A stretch of DNA of 64,000 nucleotides from an uncultured Chlamydiales bacterium (GCA_963700985.1 OY969554.1:256001-320000), one strand, 5' to 3'; numbered from the stretch's first letter, positions 49,184-58,879 are shown. The notes: a model not told the origin generated them from the letters alone. Program-made: numbers and translations.

Positions 49184-50944
49184 ATGGCCGGCGCAATAAC
49201 TTCACTTCCTAGTTTAGAGAGAGCTCAGGTTGCATTAGATCAGGGCAGTGGATCCGGTTCGTCAAGCGTGGCGAGAAGACGCGTTGAGATAGCGCCTCCA
49301 TCTTGTAATGCACGCATTGGACGCGTTACTCCGCGGCTTCTGGTAGAGGCTTTTTCCTATCTATCTTTACGAGAGTTATGCCGCGGTGTTGTGCATGCAT
49401 GCAAATACACACGGCATCTTTCGGCCGATGCGTTGCTGCTTATTTTCAAAAACTCCGCTTACGGAGTGGATAATCATCAAAACAGCACGCACAATTTTTG
49501 GCGTTTTCCTGAAGTATTCATAGCATTGAGAAACGAGCAGCTGCCAGCTTTACCAGAGATATCAACTTTTGAAGAGATAATGGGGCTGCCAGATGAACAA
49601 CGAAGAGTAGCTTTTGATGAATTAGAAATTGCAAAGCAGGCAAGAACTGCACATCTTATTACGCAATATTGGGCTGGGAAGAAAAAACTCTGTCTAGATT
49701 CATTTCAACCTATGAACGGTAGGGATCAAGGCTTAGATTTAAAGGCCATGCAAACTCGAGGCGCATCCTTAGAAAGTCTTATTTTCCGTGACTCTGTTGT
49801 AAGATCTACAGACCGATTACTTACTAAGTGTGAATTTACCCACTTGGTATTGGCATCTTCTGGTTTAAAGCAGTGCGAGCTTATTGAATCGTTTCCCACC
49901 GTTCCTTTTTTTGAAGCGCTTGCTTCTTGTAAATCGCTTGAGAACTTTAGGTTTTTTGAGCCCATATGTTCCACAGCTCTTCTGACCTTAGAACAAAATA
50001 ATTCATATAATCCTGAATTTTTTTCTCGTCATGAAGTGGCTCTTCTCAAACTTTTGACTTCGGTCTCATTCGAATCATTCCATCACAATGGCTGGCAACT
50101 AACGATACCCACCCTAAAAGCCATTGCTACTCATCAGAAGCAAATTAAAGCCCTCTCGCTTGGGCACAGCGGAATTAGTCAGGTGCCAGGAAGGGAGAGG
50201 TACGGAATATTTGCTGGGATAAATTATGCTGATTTAGAAAAAGAGCTCATCGCTACTCTTCTCCTTACCAGCCAGTTGGAGTCGCTTTCTCTTCGCCAGG
50301 ATTGGACTTCTTGCGCAAACCCAGTACACCCAGATGTGCGCAAATACTACGTCACAGATCAAACGCTTAAGACGCTTGCTCTAAGTTGTGGTAACTTAAG
50401 AAAGCTTCATCTTTTCAATTGTTCCACTGTAACCACAGCTGGTATCGCATCTTTAGCAACAGGCTGTCCTCATCTAGAAGCACTTTCTCTGATTCAGGAA
50501 TGGCATGATACCGAGTATGATCTGCCGATACCCACCTGGGAGCATGGTATTTACGAAGCTGTTGATGATGGTGCCTTAGAGGCGCTTTCCCTTCATGCTT
50601 TGCAACTTAAAGATCTTACTATTTCCTCAAGTAGCATCACAGATAAGGGTGTTGCATATCTAAAGACTTGCAGGCAGTTAGAAACCTTGGATCTCCGCAA
50701 TAGCGAACGAGTTACAGCGCAGTCTATGCGGGATTTTCTGCCTTTTATTCCACCTAAGCTGCGTTTCATCGACCTTAGAGGCACATCTGTATTTGAAACT
50801 CTTCCAGGAGCCAGTCTTAAAGATTACCTAAGGAAGCGTCTGCCGCATCTTCCTGCTACATTCAAACTTCTAATGGATAAAGGCATCTATTACGTCACAA
50901 GAGAAAAAGAGGAAAATCGCTTGGTTTTCTTTCCAAAAGCTTGA
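49184..50944 (+). CDS. Divergent F-box/LRR protein, array paralog 4
   Basis: VEAFSYLSLRELCRGVVHACK, FHHNGWQLT and LRRs. Confidence 0.85.
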   Translation: MAGAITSLPSLERAQVALDQGSGSGSSSVARRRVEIAPPSCNARIGRVTPRLLVEAFSYLSLRELCRGVVHACKYTRHLSADALLLIFKNSAYGVDNHQNSTHNFWRFPEVFIALRNEQLPALPEISTFEEIMGLPDEQRRVAFDELEIAKQARTAHLITQYWAGKKKLCLDSFQPMNGRDQGLDLKAMQTRGASLESLIFRDSVVRSTDRLLTKCEFTHLVLASSGLKQCELIESFPTVPFFEALASCKSLENFRFFEPICSTALLTLEQNNSYNPEFFSRHEVALLKLLTSVSFESFHHNGWQLTIPTLKAIATHQKQIKALSLGHSGISQVPGRERYGIFAGINYADLEKELIATLLLTSQLESLSLRQDWTSCANPVHPDVRKYYVTDQTLKTLALSCGNLRKLHLFNCSTVTTAGIASLATGCPHLEALSLIQEWHDTEYDLPIPTWEHGIYEAVDDGALEALSLHALQLKDLTISSSSITDKGVAYLKTCRQLETLDLRNSERVTAQSMRDFLPFIPPKLRFIDLRGTSVFETLPGASLKDYLRKRLPHLPATFKLLMDKGIYYVTREKEENRLVFFPKA

Positions 50945-51083
50945 TAGAGGTGGTCTATTAATTAATTTATTTATAAGTTAATTAAACTATTTAAGGATGT
51001 GGTAATTTTTAGTTAGCATTGATAATCATAATCGGATTTTACATAGTTAATCTTATTTCGTTTATTAAATTAAAAGTTTAATC

Positions 51084-52706
51084 ATGGCATCGATCTCAGA
51101 TCTTCTTCCCGATTTTGCGGCTTTTAGCTCAAGCGCCGCACCAGAGGCGCATTCAAGTAAGCGACAAAGAGTAGTCTCCTCTGAGGTCGTGATTTCTCCA
51201 ATAGATGCGTCTATAAATCCACACCTTTACAGAATTGCCAACATAGGCTGGGAAGTGGCCTTATCTAACCTTAATGCGGGTGATCTATGTCGATTTGCTT
51301 CCACAAGCAAATTTGCCCATCTACAAGCACAAAAAAGTATTGAGCCGATGTTTAAAGCTGCGCCTTACATCGGCAATTCTGCAGTCGCATTTCAACGCGC
51401 CTTTTTTTCTCTTAGAAAAGAGAATCTAGTACATGTCAATCTTATTGAAAAATATTGGAAAGCCCGCACAGAACTGTGTTTATATAACTTTCAATATAAA
51501 ATGCCAGGCTCACCTCCAAATGAGGTTGAATTAAGGGCAATCGCCACGCACTGCACTTCTTTTAAAAAACTCTCTTTCCAACAAGCAACTAAGGGTGCTG
51601 AAACCCAAGATGAGGTGGCGCAAGTGATTAAAGCTGCTTCTGCAACACTTGAGCAATGCCATTTTACAGACGCTCAACCCTCAGAAACTACTCTTGTAGC
51701 ACTTCTTTTCTGCCCGAATCTAACGAGTTTAAGAATAGTTGAGCAAAACAAAAAGGAAGTTTCTCGCAATGACCTGCGATGCAATGAGCTAATTCTTCAA
51801 ATATTGACCTCGTCTGTGAGCCTAAATTCATTTCGTCAAACGGCTTGGGAGTTAACAGTTCCTGTTCTTACAGCCATCGCAGAACATCAGTCACAACTTT
51901 CCGATCTCGCCCTTGGTTATCGCAGCTTATCAGAGCTATCTTCACTTCCTGATAAATCCTATTATGACCATTTAGAAGGCACGTTAATCGCCACAATTCT
52001 TTGCTTATCTAACTTGAAAGTTTTTTCTCTAAATCAGGCTGCTTACCCAGCATGCATTTCAGATAATACCTACGTGACAAATAAAACGCTGAGAGCCATC
52101 GCAATTAGATGCACTGACTTGAAAGAGCTCAGCCTGTTCAATTGTTCAAAGGTGACAAGCACAGGTTTATCGCTTCTAGCCCAAAGGTGCCTTAGTTTAG
52201 AAACGCTTGTACTCATTCAAGAAGAAGCCCCTTCACGTTTTAACATACAGAGTCTAACTCAAGAGATTTTGAGTGATGAGGTTTTAAATGAGGGCATTGA
52301 TGATATTGCCTTAATGTCGATTGCGTCGTCAGCACCAAGTCTAAAAAATTTAACGATCCTCTCAAGAAAAATTACAGTTGCAGGAGTTTCGAGTTTGAGT
52401 GCTTGCAGCGCATTAGAAACCCTAAATCTACAAGGATGTAAAATGGTTGCATTAGGGGAGTTAAAAGCATTTCTACAAGCATTGCCACCCAAGCTCTGGT
52501 TTGTCGATCTTCGCAATATTGCAAAGAGTGAAACACCCTCTGGAAAGTTTGTGTTAGCACTGCATAGGGCTTTGCTTATGCGTTCGAATGGCTTTACTCT
52601 TGAGACTGACGCTGGGAAGTATGAAGTTGTCAAGAAAGTCAAGGCAGGGATGCTGCAATCTTATGTTTCGTTCACTCCGAGCCTTCCTCCTAATGAGTGG
52701 GACTGA
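51084..52706 (+). CDS. Divergent F-box/LRR protein, array paralog 5 (most diverged)
   Basis: WEVALSNLNAGDLCRFASTSK, FRQTAWELT (variant of FHHNGWQLT) and LRRs. Confidence 0.8.
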   Translation: MASISDLLPDFAAFSSSAAPEAHSSKRQRVVSSEVVISPIDASINPHLYRIANIGWEVALSNLNAGDLCRFASTSKFAHLQAQKSIEPMFKAAPYIGNSAVAFQRAFFSLRKENLVHVNLIEKYWKARTELCLYNFQYKMPGSPPNEVELRAIATHCTSFKKLSFQQATKGAETQDEVAQVIKAASATLEQCHFTDAQPSETTLVALLFCPNLTSLRIVEQNKKEVSRNDLRCNELILQILTSSVSLNSFRQTAWELTVPVLTAIAEHQSQLSDLALGYRSLSELSSLPDKSYYDHLEGTLIATILCLSNLKVFSLNQAAYPACISDNTYVTNKTLRAIAIRCTDLKELSLFNCSKVTSTGLSLLAQRCLSLETLVLIQEEAPSRFNIQSLTQEILSDEVLNEGIDDIALMSIASSAPSLKNLTILSRKITVAGVSSLSACSALETLNLQGCKMVALGELKAFLQALPPKLWFVDLRNIAKSETPSGKFVLALHRALLMRSNGFTLETDAGKYEVVKKVKAGMLQSYVSFTPSLPPNEWD

Positions 52707-52784
52707 TTTTTTTGGGGTAGAGAACGAATTTTGCAACTACCTCTTTTGATTTTTTATCGGTTTTGTTTATAATTTGCGGCCAAT

Positions 52785-52869
52785 GGAAGAGTGGCAGAGT
52801 GGCCTATCGCGGCTGTCTTGAAAACAGCAGTCGGGCAACCGACCGTGGGTTCGAATCCTACCTCTTCCG
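52785..52869 (+). tRNA. tRNA-Ser(TGA)
   Basis: Acceptor stem GGAAGAG/CTCTTCC with G discriminator, anticodon arm GCTGT-CTTGAAA-ACAGC, long variable arm GTCGG-GCAA-CCGAC. Confidence 0.96.
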
Positions 52870-52877
52870 TTTAAACT

Positions 52878-52907
52878 CAAAGGGAGACCCATTAGGGTCT
52901 CCCTTTG
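52878..52907 (+). terminator. Strong hairpin downstream of tRNA-Ser
   Basis: CAAAGGGAGACCC-ATTA-GGGTCTCCCTTTG, a perfect 13-bp stem. Confidence 0.65.
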
Positions 52908-52928
52908 CTATTTAAACGGAAGAAGTAA

Positions 52929-53126
52929 GCCAACAGTTTGGCTTACGGGTAGGTTCGAAGTGAAGTGGGCGCAGCCCACGAACCGGCCCGCAGGGGAATC
53001 CTACCTCTTCCGTTCCCTAAAAGACCTAGTTTGTAGACGCCCTCTGCCAAAAGTTTGGTTTACGGGTAGGTTCGAAGTGAAGTGGGCGCAGCCCACGAAC
53101 CGGCCCGCAGGGGAATCCTACCTCTT
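52929..53126 (+). repeat. tRNA-linked direct repeat, 2 x 81 bp (period 117), each ending in a copy of the tRNA-Ser 3' end
   Basis: 52929-53009 and 53046-53126 differ at two positions; both end GAATCCTACCTCTT. Confidence 0.92.
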
Positions 53127-53222
53127 TCTTTTCTTATGGAGCGATCGCTCCAGAGCTTTTTATCTTTCTGATTCTTAATTGATTAAGAGGAAACGATCTT
53201 TAAGTAATTGATCTTTAATGAC

Positions 53223-54623
53223 TTAAGATGTCTTGGGCTTTCTTTTCAGGAAGAAAAGGAAGGGGATTACGGCGAGAAAGAGCATGCCGCCAATCAAGAT
53301 CAGCTCATAGATGAAAACGTTGCCGATTTGGGCGTGTTCTGGCGGAATAAAGCCTATTCCTATAACCAAAAGACAGCTAAGCGCGCCTATTCCGGCGATG
53401 AGCCACATGCCGATTTTGCCACCTGGAACTTTATAGGAGCGGTGGATGTGCGGTTTTTTATGATGAAGAACGATTGCGCTAGCAAACATAAACACATAGA
53501 CGATCAGTGCGAGCTGAGCAGTAATTACGGAGAGCAGCCAAAATGATCCGCTCACCGTGGGCATAAGCACAAAAGCTAACGAGAGTAGTGTGACGATGAT
53601 GGCTTGCAAGACAAGAATGTTGATGGGCACTCCATGGCGATTTTCGCGCATGACAAAGGAGGGGAGTGAGCCATCTCTGCTGGCCACCATGAGTCCTTTG
53701 GTGGGTCCGATAATCCAGGCGGCGGCGCCACCTAGGCCTCCTAAGATGATAGATCCTGCTACAATCGGCAGCAGCCATCCAACATTAAGCGAACTGACGA
53801 ATGTTGCAAAAGCTTGCAGAGTTCCAACAACGAGATTTACATCATTACTTGGCACGACGATGGCGATTGCCAAAGAGGCGAGAACAGTTGTAGCTAAAAT
53901 GATGATCGCAGAGATGAGTAGCGCCCGTGGATAGTTGCGCTTTGGGTCTTTCATCTCCTCGGCATGCGAAGCTGACATCTCTAAACCGATTAGGCCAAAT
54001 AGAACGTTGGTTAAGTAGGCGGCATTAGGCACATCGAATGAAGTGGGAAAGAAGCTCTTCCAAGAAAAAGTGATCTGCATCGGTTCGCCTTTAATGATCC
54101 ACCAGCCAGCTAAAAAGATGATGATTAACATGGGAAGTATAGTGCCGACTGTGGCCGCAAGCGTGCTGAAGTGGCTGGAGATTTTCATGCCAAAGCAGTT
54201 GATCAGCGTAACTCCCCAAAAGAGAATTACGACGGTTGTGGTCATGAATAGCTTATTCGTAGCAAGTTCGGGGTTGAACATGTAGGTGATCGCGCCTGCG
54301 ATCAGCGCCATGATTGTGGGAAACCAGAAGAGGTTGTAAACCCAGTTTAGCCAGATAACCAGCAGGCTGATTTTCTTGCCGAAAGCTTCACGCACCCACA
54401 CATAGAGTCCACCTGTTGTCGGCCATCCTGTGCCCATTTCGGCTGCAACCATGGCAGCGGGCAGAAAAAATAAAAGCCCTGCAAAAATGTAATAAAAGAC
54501 GAGCGAAAAGCCATATGTGGCAGCAAATGGAAGATTGCGAATGCTATCCACTGCGATGACATTGATCATCACAACTTGGAAAAAGCTTAAAACCTTGCGG
54601 CGAGAAAGTGGGGTCTTTTCCAT
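53223..54623 (-). CDS. APC-family amino acid permease (GadC-like)
   Basis: About 12 TM segments; GGLYVWVREAFG, GLEMSASHAEEM and RENRHGVP motifs. Confidence 0.92.
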   Translation of the reverse strand: MEKTPLSRRKVLSFFQVVMINVIAVDSIRNLPFAATYGFSLVFYYIFAGLLFFLPAAMVAAEMGTGWPTTGGLYVWVREAFGKKISLLVIWLNWVYNLFWFPTIMALIAGAITYMFNPELATNKLFMTTTVVILFWGVTLINCFGMKISSHFSTLAATVGTILPMLIIIFLAGWWIIKGEPMQITFSWKSFFPTSFDVPNAAYLTNVLFGLIGLEMSASHAEEMKDPKRNYPRALLISAIIILATTVLASLAIAIVVPSNDVNLVVGTLQAFATFVSSLNVGWLLPIVAGSIILGGLGGAAAWIIGPTKGLMVASRDGSLPSFVMRENRHGVPINILVLQAIIVTLLSLAFVLMPTVSGSFWLLSVITAQLALIVYVFMFASAIVLHHKKPHIHRSYKVPGGKIGMWLIAGIGALSCLLVIGIGFIPPEHAQIGNVFIYELILIGGMLFLAVIPFLFFLKRKPKTS

Positions 54624-54673
54624 ATTTTAGATTTATTGTATCTTGTTGCGTTTTCTCTTTAAACGGCTTTCTT

Positions 54674-55246
54674 ATGCATAGAGTTCCTCTTTTGAGCGCC
54701 TTGGATGAGTACGAGCAGCTTAGCCGAAAGCATTTTGCGCACTTTACTGATGAAGAAGAGCGCTTGCAAAAGGTGCGCGCCTTCGTGAATACACATACAA
54801 ATTGTTTTGATAGAGAAAATCTGCAGGGGCATCTTACCGCTTCGGCTTTTATCCTTTCTCCAGATCTGCAAAAGGTGCTTTTGACATTTCATGCTAAGCA
54901 TAAGAAGTGGCTGCAATTAGGTGGACATGCCGATGGGCATCCGCTGCTGCATGAGGTGGCGATGCGCGAGGCTCAAGAAGAGTCGGGCACGGAAAAGCTC
55001 TGCTTTTTCAACAAGATTTTAGCTCCATTTGATTTAGACATCCATCTTATTCCTCCTCACAAAGGCATATGCGAGCATTACCATTATGATTTGCGTTATT
55101 TACTGCTCTGTGAAAATGAGACTGCGATTTCAATTTCCCATGAGTCATTAGACCTGCGCTGGATCCGTTTGAATCAGGTAGCAACATATACACAAGAGAG
55201 TTCAGTGTTGCGACAGGTCGATAAGGTTTTATCCATCATAAAATAA
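54674..55246 (+). CDS. NUDIX hydrolase
   Basis: GHLTASA, WLQLGGHADG...AMREAQEESG (Nudix box) and HYHYDLRY motifs. Confidence 0.92.
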   Translation: MHRVPLLSALDEYEQLSRKHFAHFTDEEERLQKVRAFVNTHTNCFDRENLQGHLTASAFILSPDLQKVLLTFHAKHKKWLQLGGHADGHPLLHEVAMREAQEESGTEKLCFFNKILAPFDLDIHLIPPHKGICEHYHYDLRYLLLCENETAISISHESLDLRWIRLNQVATYTQESSVLRQVDKVLSIIK

Positions 55247-55440
55247 ACGCAGTAGGTTTTCTCTCTTAGTTCTTTGTCTTTAAAATCCTCCTTCTTTCTT
55301 CTAAAAGTTTTATTGAGAATATAATAAATAATTGTTGGTGTACTATTAAATAATTTTATCTTAAATAAACAATAATTAAGTTAAAGTTAACTGGGTTTTT
55401 TATTAGGATCATTACTCAAAATTTACTAAGGAAAAAGGGT

Positions 55441-57690
55441 ATGGCAAAACCAGCAGGTAGTGATAGTTCTCAGAGATATTTAGGATTAGGAAGTATCCCT
55501 GTTGCTCCAGGAGCCAGAATGGGTAGTTTCTTTGATGCTTTACCACCAGCGGCCGTTTCTGCAAGTGCTGCAGCTCCGATTAGAGCCCTAGATGATTCTG
55601 ATGATGATAATGACGAAAGTTTTGATGCTGCTTCTTGGCTAATGAGCTCAACTCCTTCTTTAGCTGCCACAAGTGAAAGAACTGAAGGCGCTTTCTTAAA
55701 CAGAAGAGCGGGATTGGAGCGTAAAAGAAACGCAGGATCTGATCGATCAGCGTCTATGCCATCTGGATTAGCATCTAAACCACGCAGCCGCATCCCGAGT
55801 ATTGAAGAGGGCAGTGAAGAGAGCTCAGAATCAAGAATCATCAGTGGAGATTTTTCTGAGTTTGTTCCTAAAGGTGGCAAAGTGAAGCAAGGTCTTCCTC
55901 TTGCAACTCCGATGCACAGCCCGACAACCTCGCCTCACAAAGCAGCCCCACGCGAATCAGTAAATGCCTCATCGGTTGGTGAAGGTGTATTTTCTCCAGA
56001 AAGCACTCTTTCTTATTCAGATTCTCTTTCGATCAAAGGATCTCGCGTTAAAAATTGGTCAATTAAAACTCCGACAAACTCACCGCAGCTCGCATCTCTG
56101 CAAGCCTCTCAAAGTCCGCCTTCTGCACACCTTTCGCCGGTTTCTTCACCATTGTCTTTGCATCAACCTAGAAGTCCTGTAAGGCCAGCCAATTTAGCGA
56201 CTGTATCTCCTGTGAAGGTGCATCCGGGTGTTGGAAGCATGGCTATGCCTTCCTTACCTAAAAAGCCTTCTCTACGACCGCGCCAACTGGTTTTTTCTTC
56301 TACACCACCTCGTCATCCTGCATCAGCGCTTTCTGAGGTCTCTCCAGTTCGAGCAGCCAAAAGTGCTGCGCTGCCAACGTCTTCTGATTCACCGGAAGAT
56401 AGCCCTTTTTCTTCGCCTGAGGCATCTCCTGTAAAAACGGTTCCTGCACAAAAACAGCACTCGAAATTTTTTGCAACACCACCTGATTCAAAGGAATCGA
56501 GTCCTTTTTCTTCATCTGAAGCATCACCAGCCAAAAAGGTTCCTGCACAAAAACAGCACTCGAAATTTTTTGCAACACCGCCTGATTCAAAGGAATCGAG
56601 TCCTTTTTCTTCACAAGAGGGCACTCCGAATAAAACTCCTAGTGCTCCTTTGGGAGTGCAGACTCCGCTGCAGGTACGTGAGGCTATAGATCTAATAAAT
56701 GAAACAAGTCCAAGTGCTTCGCTTAATCATGTAGAGACACAAACCATCAGAACTGCCATGAAAGCGCTTGCAGACATGCAAAAAAAGAGCCCTTCAAGTC
56801 AAGAAAAAGCCAAGCAAGTAGCTGGGCGAGCTCAAGCTATTGTACATGATAAACTGACTCGGGGTGAACGATCTGGTTCTTTAGCCTATCATAGTGAAGG
56901 TGTTTCTCGTTTAACAGGGGCGGCTAGCTGGATTAAAAAAGATGTTCTTCCTTCTCTAAAAGATGCGGGTATCTCTCCTTTGTGTTTTTATAATGCACCG
57001 CACGTACTCGCTTCTGGAAAAAGAGGGAAAGATGGAGGTTCACTGGTTGGCTTACATTTTATGAGTAAGACAGATTTCGATAAGGAGCATATTTGCTTAG
57101 CAGAATCTGTGAGTTCCTCCAATGGAGTGATAGGGCGCCATTTCTCACAAAAAGCCGATGCCGGCAAGAAAGCTCCTCCTTCTAAATTTTCTAGTTTTTT
57201 TCCTGAGAGCTGTTTTGATTCTTTCGAGCAGTTGATGAAGTTGGCCGATGCGTCGCCATATATTGCGCGATGTGAGAATCGCGGATTGATAAAGCTTCAG
57301 CTGAAAGATCGTTCACTTTATGCCGAGACCTACCTACGTGAAGGTGGCATGATTATTCATGATATTTTTCCGCTTTTTGCCTATTTAGAATTTGGCAAAG
57401 AGAAAAGCTATCAAATCACGAAGGATCTTACTCTTACTGAAGCGCAAATATTGACATTGATCACTGCTGCTTTAGATGATGTCGATCCTTACACTACAAC
57501 TAAAGATTGTCCTGTGCGCTATGTTGTTAAAAATGGCAAGCAAGCGGAGTTGTTAATTGATCTAGCTCCGCAACTGGAGGATCAAACTCACATTCCACAT
57601 GGAATTATGGTGCAGATCTCCAGCGAGGTTTTTGGGAATGTATCTCCGCTGGCGCAACATATCGCTGAGATCGTTAAATACTGGGCTTAA
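55441..57690 (+). CDS. Ser/Pro-rich protein with C-terminal EndoU-like domain (candidate secreted RNase effector)
   Basis: About 410 aa of low-complexity N-terminus; then H521, GLH539, K582-FSSFFP and IIHDIFP. Confidence 0.7.
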   Translation: MAKPAGSDSSQRYLGLGSIPVAPGARMGSFFDALPPAAVSASAAAPIRALDDSDDDNDESFDAASWLMSSTPSLAATSERTEGAFLNRRAGLERKRNAGSDRSASMPSGLASKPRSRIPSIEEGSEESSESRIISGDFSEFVPKGGKVKQGLPLATPMHSPTTSPHKAAPRESVNASSVGEGVFSPESTLSYSDSLSIKGSRVKNWSIKTPTNSPQLASLQASQSPPSAHLSPVSSPLSLHQPRSPVRPANLATVSPVKVHPGVGSMAMPSLPKKPSLRPRQLVFSSTPPRHPASALSEVSPVRAAKSAALPTSSDSPEDSPFSSPEASPVKTVPAQKQHSKFFATPPDSKESSPFSSSEASPAKKVPAQKQHSKFFATPPDSKESSPFSSQEGTPNKTPSAPLGVQTPLQVREAIDLINETSPSASLNHVETQTIRTAMKALADMQKKSPSSQEKAKQVAGRAQAIVHDKLTRGERSGSLAYHSEGVSRLTGAASWIKKDVLPSLKDAGISPLCFYNAPHVLASGKRGKDGGSLVGLHFMSKTDFDKEHICLAESVSSSNGVIGRHFSQKADAGKKAPPSKFSSFFPESCFDSFEQLMKLADASPYIARCENRGLIKLQLKDRSLYAETYLREGGMIIHDIFPLFAYLEFGKEKSYQITKDLTLTEAQILTLITAALDDVDPYTTTKDCPVRYVVKNGKQAELLIDLAPQLEDQTHIPHGIMVQISSEVFGNVSPLAQHIAEIVKYWA
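56401..56613 (+). repeat. In-frame 99-bp (33-aa) tandem repeat, just over two copies
   Basis: SPFSS.EASP.K.VPAQKQHSKFFATPPDSKES units start at 56401, 56500 and 56599 (partial). Confidence 0.93.
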
Positions 57691-58694
57691 GCTGCTTTTT
57701 TATCGCGCAGTGGTGGGCCAAAGTAAGTAGAGACATCTTGAGGGTGCTTGATGGTTTTTTTAAGAATACCATCGATCTCCCTTTTTGTGTTTTCGTCGAT
57801 ATGCCAGCCGAAGAAATTATTCAATGGGGCCAGCTGCGAGGGTTTACGTGCGCCCCAAATTGCAATTTCCACATTCTGATCAAGCACCCAACGCTCTGCA
57901 AACTCGAGCAGTGTTTTACCATATTTTTGCTGAGCGATCTCGCCTATTTCATCGGCTGCTTTGAGGTATTCTTCAAATGAAGGGGAGAGAAATTTTTTAT
58001 CTAATCCATTTCTAAGGTCATCGCCCTTAAAGGCTCTTCCCTTACTCATCTGCCCACTGAGCAGCCCACGGCAGAGCACGCTATAGCTCATCGTTAGGAT
58101 CTTCTCATTTTTGCAAAAGGGAAGTATGGCTTTTTCGATATCTCGCTCAAAGAGGTTATAAGGCGGCTGATAAAAATGAATTGGGGCAACTTGGCGAAAG
58201 AGCGCCAATTGTTTCGCATCGAAGTTGCTTAGGCCGATGGCGCGGATTTTGCCCTCTTTAAACAACTTATTCATCATATTGGCGATATCTTCGATTGGGA
58301 CAAGAGGATCCGGCCAATGCATAAAGTAAATATCGATATGATCTGTTTCTAATCTTTGCAGGGAATTATGTAGATCCTTGCGGATGAATTCTTCGGTTAG
58401 GTTACGCACGACACTTCCATCTGCGCGAAATTCAATACCGCCTTTAGTTGAAATAATTGTTTTATTGCGCTTTTTACTTTCGCGAAGCGCCTTGGCTACA
58501 AATTTTTCAGCTGTGCCCTGCCCGTAGGCGGGAGCCGTGTCGAGAACATTAATTCCACGCTCTAGCGCAGAGAGAATCGTTGCAATGGATTCTTTTTCAC
58601 TTGTGCCTCCCCAGAGAGATCCGCCAATGGCCCACGTGCCTAATGCGATGCGCGAGAGTTTTTCCGAGAAGAGCGGCGAGGTGATATACTCCAT
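57687..58694 (-). CDS. Aldo/keto reductase (YhdN/GSP69-like)
   Basis: LGTWAIGG, DTAPAYG, STKGG, HWPD, IGLSNF and QPPYNLFER motifs. Confidence 0.93.
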   Translation of the reverse strand: MEYITSPLFSEKLSRIALGTWAIGGSLWGGTSEKESIATILSALERGINVLDTAPAYGQGTAEKFVAKALRESKKRNKTIISTKGGIEFRADGSVVRNLTEEFIRKDLHNSLQRLETDHIDIYFMHWPDPLVPIEDIANMMNKLFKEGKIRAIGLSNFDAKQLALFRQVAPIHFYQPPYNLFERDIEKAILPFCKNEKILTMSYSVLCRGLLSGQMSKGRAFKGDDLRNGLDKKFLSPSFEEYLKAADEIGEIAQQKYGKTLLEFAERWVLDQNVEIAIWGARKPSQLAPLNNFFGWHIDENTKREIDGILKKTIKHPQDVSTYFGPPLRDKKAA

Positions 58695-58850
58695 AAAATT
58701 TCTCCTAATTTTTTACTTATTTTTTTATTTTTACTGTTCACATTTTTTGAATTTGTTTCTAGAAAATTATTTAAAAAAGAAATGTTTGATTTGTTCTTAT
58801 TGTTAGTCAACTAGATGTAACAAAAGTATAAAATTAAAACTTTAATTAAA

Positions 58851-58879
58851 TTGACTTATATGATTATTGTCGTTACACT
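58851..58879 (+). promoter_or_regulatory. Putative sigma70-type promoter
   Basis: TTGACT-N17-TACACT upstream of 58914. Confidence 0.55.

Noticed and set aside
44035-52869. F-box array as an island integrated at tRNA-Ser
   Set aside because: The array lies 5' of the tRNA while the 3'-end duplications lie on the other side; no integrase is present.
52929-53126. Repeat-spacer-repeat layout that could suggest a mini CRISPR array
   Set aside because: Repeats are 81 bp, only two copies, contain tRNA 3' ends, and there are no cas genes in the window.
52960-53178. 72-aa ORF with an internal duplication
   Set aside because: It is a translation of the tRNA-linked repeat with no independent coding evidence.
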